Assembly (NCBI GenBank): GCA_043228905.1
Contig: JBHGNT010000008.1
Location: forward strand, 21,948,001 to 22,012,000
Direction: 5' to 3'
DNA: 64,000 bases
Origin: Azolla caroliniana
Lineage: Eukaryota; Plantae; Polypodiophyta
A program made the position numbers and the translations under genes. Numbering within the stretch: the first letter of the stretch is position 1; every line of letters begins with the position of its first letter. Shown in pieces: positions 53,307 to 64,000 of this stretch. Below the pieces are notes generated by a model, which saw only the letters and a list, made by a program, of their open reading frames with translations, had not been told where the DNA came from and ran no database searches.

Positions 53307-54497
53307 ACGTGGTGTACCTATGGAACGATCGGGTGCACGCTAGCGAGACTCGAAGGGCCCTGGATCTGAATGTCGGACGAGGGGGTATGAAGCGGCTGAT
53401 GGAAGAAGCGGCCACTCGCCACGCGGAGACCGTCCACTACTCGGCATCGGCTAGAATCCGGGTTGGAAGTGATGAAGTCCGGAAGACGAAGGAAGCCGGA
53501 TTCTGGCCGTTGATGCTGGAAGGCCTCGCCGGCGTACGACTGAGGGAAGAGGAAGCGGACCGCGCTGAAAGACGGGTCTGGGAGGTAACTGGGTGGAGTG
53601 ACCCGGTCGAAGAGAAGATGGGCTTCGTGGAAGCCATGTGCCAGAACTACGAGGTTCTGGTGGAAGACAAGCGCGCGGGAAAGACCGCGGGGGCCGGACC
53701 CTCACAACGGTATGAGACCCGGTTAGGGCCGAAGCAGAATGATGTCAATGCATCTGGCGCACCGGACAAGGCCAAGAAGGCTGGTTATGGGTTGAGCATA
53801 GAGATCGAAAAAACCATAGACCTACGAAAGGTCCTAGAGGAACAGATCCTCGATAGCAAAGTGGAGCTGTCGCTGAGGGAAGTGCTCGGTATCGCCAAGA
53901 AGGAGTTCCACGACTCCATCGTAGACTTGGTGAAGCGTAAAAGGCTTTCGACGGAGCCAGAGCCGGAGAAGCCGGTGGAGGTGCGAACGGCGCACCTAGA
54001 AGACATGGCTCTAGAAGACGAGTTGGCGGAGAGCCACTATTCAAGGCCACATTGGGCCAGAGCAGCCACGGAGACCCCCGTTAAGATTGGAGATGTTCGG
54101 GAGCCAGTGGTGGTGTTGGTGGACCACGGTTCAGAAATCAACTTAATGTCCATGGACTTCTACAAGAAGGGGAAGTGGCAGATCAACACCAAGCACGGGT
54201 GGAAAATACGGGCAACAACGCGCGCCACGGAAGAGCTCCATGGAGCCTGCCCGAATGTACGAGTGAAAATTGGCGATGTCGAGATCGATCAACATTTCTT
54301 CGTGCAGGAGACGTCCTCGCATCCGGTTATACTCGAGGAACCGTACATCACGGCGGCATGGATGGAGACAAAGCTGTTGGACAACGGTTCGGCATATGCA
54401 CGAGTCCAGAGCTAGGATGGGTGTCAATCGGTCCAGTTCTGACGGTGCGACCGAACCATGAGCGTAACCGTGAGACCCTCAGTGGTGAAAACCAAGG

Positions 54498-54563
54498 GGA
54501 TTTTTAGAGAGGGCTATCAAGGAGTGGGGCCGCGATAGTCCGGACACCCCGGAAAAACCCCAC
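54498..54563 (+). other. Putative -1 programmed ribosomal frameshift signal (gag-pro to pol)
   Basis: G_GAT_TTT directly before TAG, a 6-nt spacer, then stem GGGCTATC/GATAGTCC. Loop GTGGGG is complementary to downstream CCCCAC. The -1 frame is the pol frame. Confidence 0.7.
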
Positions 54564-57500
54564 AAATGTAATATAGGCAAAAAGACTTGTATCAGAGGTA
54601 GGAAATTTTGGTTCTCCAATAGCTGAGGTTGTACGATAGCCGGCGTAGTTGGCCGGGAAAAGAAGCAGGCGGAGGAGCAACTTCGGGCATGCGGAGTCCT
54701 CGGCCCTGAAGAGGAAATCAACGGAGCTGTGGACGTGGTCTCTTTCGACGACACCTTAGGGAAGTTACGGGAGGTGTTCGGAGAAGGCCTTAATGAGGAC
54801 CAGACGATTCCGGTATGTTCGGAAAAGATGTACGAAGTCATCGCCGACTTCTGTAATGGATTCGAGTCGGATCGGACGGCCCGAGTGGATACGAAGTACA
54901 AGATTGTGGACCGGAAAGTGAGGCCAGTCGCAACACCTTTGCCAGAGGGTAGCGAGTTACGGATAAAGGGGGTCGCGTCGGACCCAAGTTTACGAGATCC
55001 TGCTAGCATAGGACACACGTTCACCGACATAACGCTACGGGAGCTCAAGATCGGTGGGGGTGGCTTTCTACTGCCGACAGAAGAGGACCAGTTTCGGAGA
55101 ATGCTCGGGAGGCACGGGAAGGCTTTCGAATTCTCGCCAGAGGAGATCGGGTGTGTAGACCCGACGGTTGTGGAACCAATGGTGATCTTCACGGTACCGC
55201 ATGTGTCGTGGAATCTCAAACCGATTCTGGTACCTAGAGCACACATCCCGAAGCTGATGGAGCTACTGAAACAGAAGGTGGAAATGGGCATCCTCGAACC
55301 ATCGAGTGCCCCATACTCGAATCGGTGGTTTACCGTGCCAAAGAAGAACGACACCTTGCGCTTTATTCATGACTTGCAGCCGGTCAACAAGGTGACCATT
55401 CGGAATGTAGGAATCAGACCGACCATAGACGAGTTCGCGGAGGCCTTCGCCGGAAGGTCGATTTACTCGGTCGGGGATCTGTACTCAGGGTACGATCAGT
55501 TCCAACTAGCCATAGAGAGCAGGGATGTCATGACGATACGGACTCCTCTCGGCCTAGTTCGGATGTGTACCCTACCGCAAGGGGGAACTAACTCGGTGGT
55601 GCACATGGTGAATGCGATGAACAAGGTGTTGAGGGACTCCATCCCGGACATCGCCATGCCGTTTCTGGATGACATCCCGATCAAAGGATGTCTGGTGGAG
55701 GCCAAGGACGAGTTGATTGGGCTCGACGGTTGCCGGAGGTTCGTGATGGATCACATCCGCGACTGCGAGAAGGTGCTACAAAGACTCGGGAGAGCGCGTC
55801 TCACCTTCTCTAGAGAAAAATCAGCCTTCGGACAGCCGGAGATCCTGGTAGTCGGACACCTGTGCGGGCCTTACGACCGGAAGCCGTCCCCCGCAAAGGT
55901 AGAAGCAATCTCCGTGATGAAGGATGATTGCGGGTTGGTCACGGAGGTCCGAAGGATCCTGGGGGCATGTGCTTTCTATCACATTTGGATTCCGCACTAC
56001 GCGCATGTCGCGGAACCGCTTTACGGGTTATTAAAGAAAGGGCGCCGAATCGAATGGAGGACGGAGCACACGGAGTCAATCCGGAGACTTAAGGAGGCGC
56101 TCGCCGTGGCACCGGCTCTCCGGAAAGCGGTTTACGGCAAGGAAGTCCCCATTTACGTGACGGTGGACACGAGCCCGACTGGGATCAGGTGGGTGATCAA
56201 TCAGGAAGACGAAGAAGACGTACGGTTCCCGATCCGATTCGGGGCAAAGGTATTGAGTGAGTGGCAGCGAGGATACGCCCAAATCAAGCCGGAGCTATGG
56301 GGTATCATTTTGGCAGTCAAGGCCGACAAGGACTATCTGATCGGGACGGAAGTGATCATCGAGATGGACTGCCTACTGATTCTGGGTATGGTTTCCGGAT
56401 GCGCAACTCCGGACCTAGCGATGCTCAGGTGGATCGTGTACATCAAGTCCTTGAACCCGGAGATACGGCACATCTCTGGAAAGGATAACGCCATGGCCGA
56501 GATGCTTTCAAGGGCGCGGTTCAACGACGAGGACGGCATGGTTTCGGATAACGAAGAAGTCGGCGAGGACTTCTTCAGGTCAGCTAACGTGGCAACTGGG
56601 ACGGGGAGCACTCCGGCTCTTAACGAATTCGATGAGAGAAAGTATGGCGGGGAGTGGCTTTAGATCGGCAGGTTCCTAAAGACAATGACACCGGACGCGG
56701 CGTGGACGAAGGAAGAGACCAACCGGATTCGGAAGAAAGCGTACCGATTCTTCCTTCGGTACATGAGCATATGGAAACACCCAAAGAAGAGAAACGACAT
56801 CCCGCTCCGAGTGGTGGCGAAGAAAGAGGAACAGGAAGAATTGTTGACAGCATACCACGAGAGTCCTTGGGCCAGACACCGCGGGACGTGGGCCACATTC
56901 GAGAAGCTAAAGGAGAAGTATTGGTGGCCGGGACTATACCGGGACGTGCATTGGTTCGTGACGACTTGCGAAAACTGTTAGGTGCACTCCATAGTCCGAC
57001 ATCGGGACGAGCTTCACCCGACCTACCCTCCGACCGTCCACTTCAAGTGGATGGTGGATCTGGTGACGATGTCGATGGGGGTGGGGCAGATGCGGTATTT
57101 GGTGTTGGCTCAGGAGGACCTGATGAACCAGGTGGAAGGCCGAGTGTTGCAGAACAAAATGACCGCGGCCGTGCTGAAGAAGTGGTATGCCGGTACGGGT
57201 GCGTAGGTAAGATCGTGGCCGACCGCGGAGAATTGGACGCACAAGAGGCGGAAGAGCTGTTTGACCGGCTAGGGATTAAACTCTCGCTCACCACAGTGTA
57301 CAATCCGGAGGCTAATGGGAAGGTGGAATGCGGACACGGGCCGATCGTCAAAGCGTTAGTACGGGCGTGTGGAGGGCAAGTCAAGAACTGGATGCGGCTT
57401 TTATCCTATGCGTTGTGGGTGGACCGAACTACGCACAGTTCGGTAACCGGGTTCATGCCGGCAGAGCTAATGTACGGGCAGAAGCCGATCATGCCAACGG

Positions 57501-58469
57501 AGCATACAATCTCCTCATGGGCCACGGTGGATTGGAAAGACGAGATGAGCCGGGAGGAGCTGTTAGCGGCACAGATTCGTTAGCTGGAGCGAAGACCGGA
57601 GGACATGGACTGAGCCGCGGAGAAGCTACAGGTGGCGAGGGTAAAGAACAAAGGACGGTTCGACCGGACTCACCGACTGAGACCGAAGAAGATCGAGGAA
57701 GGCAACTGGGTTCTAGTGTATGACAACAGCCTCGACAACCAGCACAGGGCAATGCGGAAGTTTGCAAGAAGGTGGTTCAGGCCTTATGTGGTGAGAAACG
57801 CCAACGACAATGGGACCTACCATCTCGCGGAGCTTGACGGGACAAGGATGGCGGTACCGGTGGCGAGTAAAAGGATCAAAGCATTCAAAAAGCGGCATGA
57901 GGCTGAACCAGACCTGGATGACCTGGATAGCGACAACGACCGGCTCAGAACAGATGTCGATCCGGAAGACGAAGGATAAGCGTGGACCGGTTTTCTCCGG
58001 CAAGGGTCTAATTTTGGCGCATATCGGTGGATGCGCGGTTAGGTGGGGGCGGATGTCATGGAGAAAACCGTCCCTAGGCGGAAACCAGGTATAATGTGCG
58101 TAAACCGGCCCTTACACGTGGGCACAAGTTTTGTTGTATAGTACGTAGATAGGTACAAGTCGGCTGAGGTGAAATCCTAGGTAGCACGCATTCATTAGGG
58201 AGAAAATCGAGGCGTATCCCTGTCTGAAAGGACAGGGAATAAACATGATGTAATGAACGGGTGGTAATGGCCTCCCTCCTTGGCCTATAAAAGAGAGGGA
58301 GAGGTATGGTAGAAAGGGGGGGATCGCGTTTTGTGGAGGAGGAGGTGCTGCTGGACTAGAACCGAGCTCTTCTCCTCTGTCTTCTCCATAGTCGTTCTGT
58401 GCAGGTTTTCGGGAGGTTGACTCTGCTTCGCGGAACGCTGAGTGCTTCCGGTAGAGTCTCCATCTCGCG

Positions 58470-58519
<50 letters not shown>

Positions 58520-59460
58520 GCATCGGAGCCTATCACTCGCCGGCTTGCTGATTGTAACTCCTTGGTTTATATATACATATACATTCATTCTGTCTCCATT
58601 GTTCAGAGTTAGTTGCAACTCCTATGAATCTGTGTGTCTGTGCGCGTGTGAAGTACATCGGTAGTCTCCTTCCCCTCTTCTCATTCAGTTATTTCTTGGT
58701 CCAAGGCCCCTGTGGTCCCGCCTCGTTCTCCACGCACGCGCGTAACAACGTGACAACGCGACAACGCGTTGAGTGTTATGGTGACTTAACTCTTCACGAC
58801 TTATCTATGCATTGTAAGAATTTATATGAGTTATCTCTTGCCGGAAAGATGATGTGTTATGGTTGTCTTTCACATATGTCTCCCTTCTTTACAATTGAAG
58901 ATATATGCACAGGACTTAAGAAATTGGCCTCTCGAAAGGCAAGTGATCTTCAATGTATAAAGGTTAAAATGCTCAAATGGATGGGAAAGGAAGCACATGT
59001 ATGGATGAGAGATATGTTTAATGATGCATTGTAACATGGTATGTCGTATGATTGGACTACAAATTGGATCAAACCTTTACATAAAGGTGGAGATGTAAAT
59101 AATGTAAACAACTATCGAACCATCATGGTTGGCTCATTAATGGCAAAACTATTTGGATGTATAATGGAATCAAAGATAAGTGTATGGGCTGAAAAAAATG
59201 GTAAGAGACCTTACGGGCAAGCTGGGTTTCGAAAACACCATAGCACCATTGATCACCTTGTCACCCTTCGAGTATTAATGGAGGAAAGTCGCCTTAGAGG
59301 TAAAGGTTTATATTGGTGCTTTGTAGACTTCAAGCCCACTTCAAGAAAGCTTTTGATATGGTACCTCGTGAGCATCTTTGGAGGCGAATGGAAGAACTTG
59401 AGGTGCCAAGTGAATATATGCGTGCAATTTCCCAAATATATGAGAAGGTTATATGTTGTG

Positions 59461-60026
59461 TGATAGGATCGAACCCGGCCACAACCGGTTGCTCGTATGT
59501 ATACTTATTCGGGTGCAAAGAAACAAGCAAGATAGTGCACAAACAAAAAAAACGAGAAGATACAGAGAGACAGAATATTTAACGTGGAAAACCCAAAAAA
59601 AGGAAAAACCACGGGAGTCCTCGAACTCTGAACTGACTCACTATAATGAAAGAGTACAATGAGAAGCTTCAAATCAATGACCTTAAGCTCTCCTTTGTCT
59701 GAACAGACAGTTATGGAGTAGTTGCACACTCTCTCTCACTCTCTCACTCCCTAGTTACAGAGGCAACGACCTCGTCAGTATTTATCCAACAATAATGACT
59801 CACGATTGCTACACTATAAAGTTTGCCGTAGTTGTATTTATAGTTATACAATTTTTGGCTATTTATAGATATAGCCCACATGGGGCACATTTAGACTATT
59901 TATAAATATAGTCTCCTGAATCGGTTATATAATCGATTTTTTATTTCGGTCAAGGCCGAATTGCCCATTGGTTCCATCCAATTCGACCCGTACTCTTCCC
60001 ATCCGGAGGGACCTGTTTTCCCAACA
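59461..60026 (-). mobile_element. Copia solo LTR inserted in the LINE-B RT
   Basis: TG...CA termini with a perfect 5-bp TSD (TTGTG). On the minus strand it shares cccgtggtttttcc, tttccacgttaaa and ggttgtggccgg with the LTRs at 8779 and 13424. Confidence 0.88.
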
Positions 60027-61739
60027 TTGTGTGTGTATCAGAGATAGACTTTCAAATTGTTTCAATAACACTATTGGTGTTAAGCAAGGATGCCCACTCT
60101 CACCAACACTATTTGTTCTATGCATTGATGAATTGGAAGAAATGGTTACGAAGTTTGTAAAGGAAGAATGTGTTGAAGAAGTTGCCATTGGGAATGTTGT
60201 GATTAAGTTTTTGCTATATGCAGATGATGTAGTGCTTTTTGCAAATACTTTAGGGGATGCATAAAAGCCTATGAAGGCATTGGAAAAAATTTGCATGCAT
60301 ACTAAATTAAGTGTCAATAGCTCTAAAACAAAGATTATGCTTGTGAAGAGCCAAAAAAGTGATAAACCATGCATTATGTACAACAATAAGCCACTTGAAG
60401 ATGTGTGAAGCTTCAAATATCTTGGCCTTGAAGTTCCTTCAAATCATAGATGGAATGAATGTGCTACACGTCGCTTAGAGGCGGGTGGTAACCGTTACTA
60501 TGCATTTGAGAACACATGCAATCTTAGAGATATTAAGTGTTTGGTCCTCAAGAAATATCTTTTCGAAACTTTGGTGACACCGGTTCTTCTCTATGGGGTG
60601 GAAGTATGGGGTGGTAGCATCCCTAAATCTACGTGGAAAGTGTTAGGAAATGTACAAAAACATTTTCATACAAAGCTTCTACAAGTTAAGAAACAAACAC
60701 CCTACACCCTCCCCCTCCTTGAGACGGGATCGTTTCCCATTGAGATCATGGCCATGGAAAGGGTTGTTGAATACATGCTTAAGGTTCAAAAAAGTACTTC
60801 ACATAGACTTCCTAGAATTGCATGGGAAGCAAGCCAAAAAGATCCAAAACACGCATAAAAGCAAAATTTTGTGTTCCGGTTGGATGCACGATATAGAAAA
60901 ATGGTTTGGTAGAAGGGATGCAAGACACTTGCTTCATGATGCATCACTAGATTCCTCAGTAAACGAGGCATTTTTGCAACGCCAATGTATCATGACATGG
61001 GACAAATGTGGAGGCTCGCGCTCCACGCATTATACTACACATGTTGCACCTGACAACAAAACCGTATTCTTCACGGAACGGAGAAACCGTACACATAGAT
61101 ACATGTTAGAGCCCATCTCGTTATCTGCCATTCGAGCCATTGCTTCCACGTGACTTAGCTCACATGCATTGCGATGTGAGATGGGATGTTGGGGCACAAG
61201 TGATGAGAGTGACCGACTATGCACACTTTGCCCTAAACAAGTTTAAGAGTTTGAGTATCACACTTTGATACAATGCTCTGCCTTTGATCATATTCTACCA
61301 TGCTTTCCACATCACTTTGATCGAGCCCAATCCTTGCAAGAATTTCTCTCACAACCACAATGTGCACTCTCGATTGTAACATTCATTGGTAAAGTTCTTG
61401 AACATCGAGAGTACTCACTTTCACACGTATCACGTGAAATGTAATATTTTTTGTCTCATAGGTCATATTTGACCTTCGAAGATGATAATATAATCTATAT
61501 ATTTACCTATCTATCTCTCAAGTAGACAATCACACTGTATTTACGCATATATGCCTTGCACATTATCATATATATATTTATTTATTTACAAAGATACATA
61601 TACAGACAAATACTCTTAGATACCTAGGCAATGATAAATCCATACGTATATGTACGAAAGTACCCAATGCCATAGACACATAGTGACATAATGACATTAA
61701 TGAAGTCTATCAAAGACATTCAAAGAAAGCTCAAAATGA

Positions 61740-61861
61740 CTAGAATCTACAATTGCAAGAATCTATAGGTCTTTGGTTCAAGTCAACCCATCTTCCCTAA
61801 CTAGAATATACAATTGCAAGAATCCATAGGTCTTTGGTTCAAGTCAACCCATCTTCCCTAA
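61740..61861. repeat. 61-bp tandem duplication
   Basis: tagaat.tacaattgcaagaatc.ataggtctttggttcaagtcaacccatcttccctaa occurs twice. Confidence 0.9.
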
Positions 61862-61939
61862 TTCAGGTCTCTAGCCATCTTGCTCATATTTTCGACGCAC
61901 ATGCATTATTATCGCAACAATATTGATAAGTAATCTATC

Positions 61940-62690
61940 AAAATACCAGCCCAATCAATGTTCATGTAGCCTTTGAATCAAATTGTAACTTCTACTTCAT
62001 AGAATCTAGCACCAATCAATCAAGTTGACACATGAGTCGGTTCTTCCTTGAAGGATTGTCGCAAACACAACACACAAGAAGTGGATGGGCTATGATGGTC
62101 ACACCCTTGCACTATGATATAACCATGTAAATATTTGGAGAGCTAGGTGAATAGTTAATCATACCAACAGATAAACAATATAATTATTTATGTAATTGAT
62201 TGTGTTGTGTGTGTGAGAATCAAGATAAGAGATAGAGAAGTTAATACAATTATACCAAAGACAATTAAGTATGTTGAATGAGGATATACAATGCTAACAA
62301 AATGGAGAGAGTTGTGTTATCACTTAATTACAACTACTTTGTCCATTTAGTTGTGGATCTACATAGGACATAGTTTAATTATATGACCTAATAGTTACAT
62401 CGCAAGGATTTTAATGCATACACTACTCATCTAATAAGATAAAATGGATAGTTGAGCCATATATGTGCACTGGGGTCTTGCACACATTGACCCTGATATC
62501 TCAACACATCTTCAAGTTCAAGTGTGCCATATCATCAAGTAGTTGACAACTCGGATCCCTTTTGCTCATTATTGCAGTATATCTCAAGCTCCACAAGCCA
62601 AGAACATGTAGGTTGAACATCATTGAAAATTGTCCAAGATTTTCTAATCCAATAGCTTTGAACTATTGAGCTTGATATCTCAACACCTAC
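61940..62690 (-). mobile_element. Highly decayed Copia remnants
   Basis: Minus-strand GYMNIDWAG (RNase H-like) near 61945-61972. LTR-end-like tgatatctcaaca occurs near 62494 and 62673. Confidence 0.45.
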
Positions 62691-62917
62691 TCAACCTTGA
62701 CGTGGGTTGGCAACATCACATAGTGTGCTTCACGTTAGATTAAAAGTAAATGACAAAATCATAAAACTTTTTTTTAAATAACAAAATGTGAATGTATATC
62801 ATGACAAGGTCATCCTTGATGGTAACATAGAAACGAGGTCACCGTCATGTTGTTGGTTGTTAGTCATCCAACGTAGGACTTCAATATATTTATAAGATAG
62901 ATATAAGTAGGGATGTA

Positions 62918-64000
62918 TGTTGAGATACAAGCTCAACATTGGCCGGATCGGCTGTGCAAGCCAAGAACAAGAACTGGATCGGTTAGGCTAGATGGGTGCG
63001 TAAAATGGGTGTGTAAACTGTTACGCAAACTGGTGCGTAACGAGAAGCCATAGCGGTGCGTAAACCGTGAGGCCGTTGGAAAGATATTCTGCGTAGGAAT
63101 ATATTTTTGGGAGTTAGCGTAGAGCTTAGTTATGAGCATTGAAGTACGTGTCAGTACTTCTGTCAGTCCGTATGGACTTGTATGAAAGTGCTCACCGAGC
63201 ACATTCTATGTACAGATTGAGTATTATTTTTGAAATTAGTTTCTATGTGTTCTCTTTGTCTCTCCCGCGTACTGTGTATATTCAAGCTCTCCATTGAACC
63301 TGCCTATTTTTTGTGTTCGGTTTTCTATTGCTTCTGCACATAATCTTTTACATGGTATCAGAGCGCGAGGGTTGAGAACCTCTGCAGCCCCAGCCGACAT
63401 AGCTTGAAAAGAAAACTAACCAAGAAGAACAAAAAAAAACAAATGGATAGAGGCATGGCTAGCTCTCTTCCTACCGAGAAGCTCGATAGGAACAACTACG
63501 TGTCTTGGTCCTACAAGATGCACCAGTACCTGCTCGGGCACGGTTACTGGAGCTATGTTGATGGAGCAAATGACACAGCACCCGAATCGACACACAGAGA
63601 TTTCCCGGTGTGGGAATAGTCGGCGAGCAGAGTACTGTACTGCTTCACGTTTTGTGTGGGCAAACAACTCCTAAGCTACATTCCGGATGCAAAAACGCCA
63701 AAAGATGCTTGGGGAAATCTGAAGAAGATTTTCGCCGCAAGCACTACAACCAAAAAGCTTCAACTCCGACAGGAGCTGAGCAACCTACGACAACGTGATT
63801 TGTTGGTGGTTGATTACACCTCGAAGATCAAAGATATATGCGACTCCTTAGCTTCCATCGATGTGAACGTTGAGGAAGGCGAGATGGTGCAGATCTATCT
63901 CGGGGGACTGGCGTCAAAGTTCGGAGTGTTCCGAACTGCTGTGTGTACACAGGAGAATACGCCGTCATTTTTCGACTTACAATCGATGGTCCTTATAGAG
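62918..64000 (+). mobile_element. 5' part of a Ty1/Copia element: LTR 62918-63352, tRNA-iMet PBS 63353-63364, gag running off the window
   Basis: TGTTGAGA...TTTACA followed by TGGTATCAGAGC. Gag reads KLDRNNYVSWSYKM..LLGHGYWSYVDG, then one TAG at 63617, then AKTPKDAWGNLKKIF. Confidence 0.92.

Larger units (their letters stand above)
51108..58763 (+). mobile_element. Full-length decayed Ty3/Gypsy element (Ylt1/Phygy-like non-chromovirus); LTRs 51108-51604 and 58054-58763
   Basis: Matching LTRs, TSD ACGC, PBS at 51609-51626, PPT aggtgggggcgga. Protease DHGSEINL; RT YSNRWFTVPKKN..FIHDLQPVN and PFLDD; RNase H VDTSP; integrase HES..H..WWPG..CENC and YNPEANGKVE. Confidence 0.93.
47600..61520 (+). 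mobile_element. Second RTE-X-like LINE (LINE-B), interrupted by four insertions
   Basis: ORF1 remnant ~47654-48520 (RSKNIVIHGIKE, FVSEDHT). ORF2 pieces: WNCNG (~48568), GDMNAR/VIDY/SDH (49407-50040), QAGFR (~59218), GVKQGCPLSP/LYADD (~60076-60228). Its 3' terminus is similar to that of LINE-A. Confidence 0.88.

Noticed and set aside
1-64000. CRISPR arrays, rRNA or tRNA genes, prokaryotic operons
   Set aside because: None seen. The repeats are microsatellites or two-copy duplications, and the tRNA matches are only retroelement primer binding sites.

Overview
Eukaryotic land-plant genomic DNA, AT-rich and intron-containing. A non-seed plant such as a fern is inferred from the transposon repertoire. 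There are four host genes, all on +: a 4-exon 60S acidic ribosomal protein P1 gene (2486-4224), a 16-exon plastid starch synthase 4 gene (6416-18797) with a rearranged Copia element in intron 2, and a tandem pair of 2-exon AIM24-family genes (24668-26496, 29042-30600) that resemble bacterial rather than canonical plant AIM24. From about 33 kb onward the window is decayed and nested retroelements: two RTE-X-like LINEs, L1/Tx1 fragments, Copia elements, solo LTRs and a full-length Ylt1/Phygy-like Gypsy element. The most interesting signals are: (1) the candidate horizontally acquired AIM24 pair; (2) a -1 frameshift cassette (G_GAU_UUU plus a possible pseudoknot) between protease and RT of the Gypsy element; (3) ORF1 and ORF2 of both LINEs in frame and separated by one stop in a readthrough-like context; (4) Gypsy LTRs with 4-bp ACG(T/C) target duplications; (5) a Penelope-like RT fragment.
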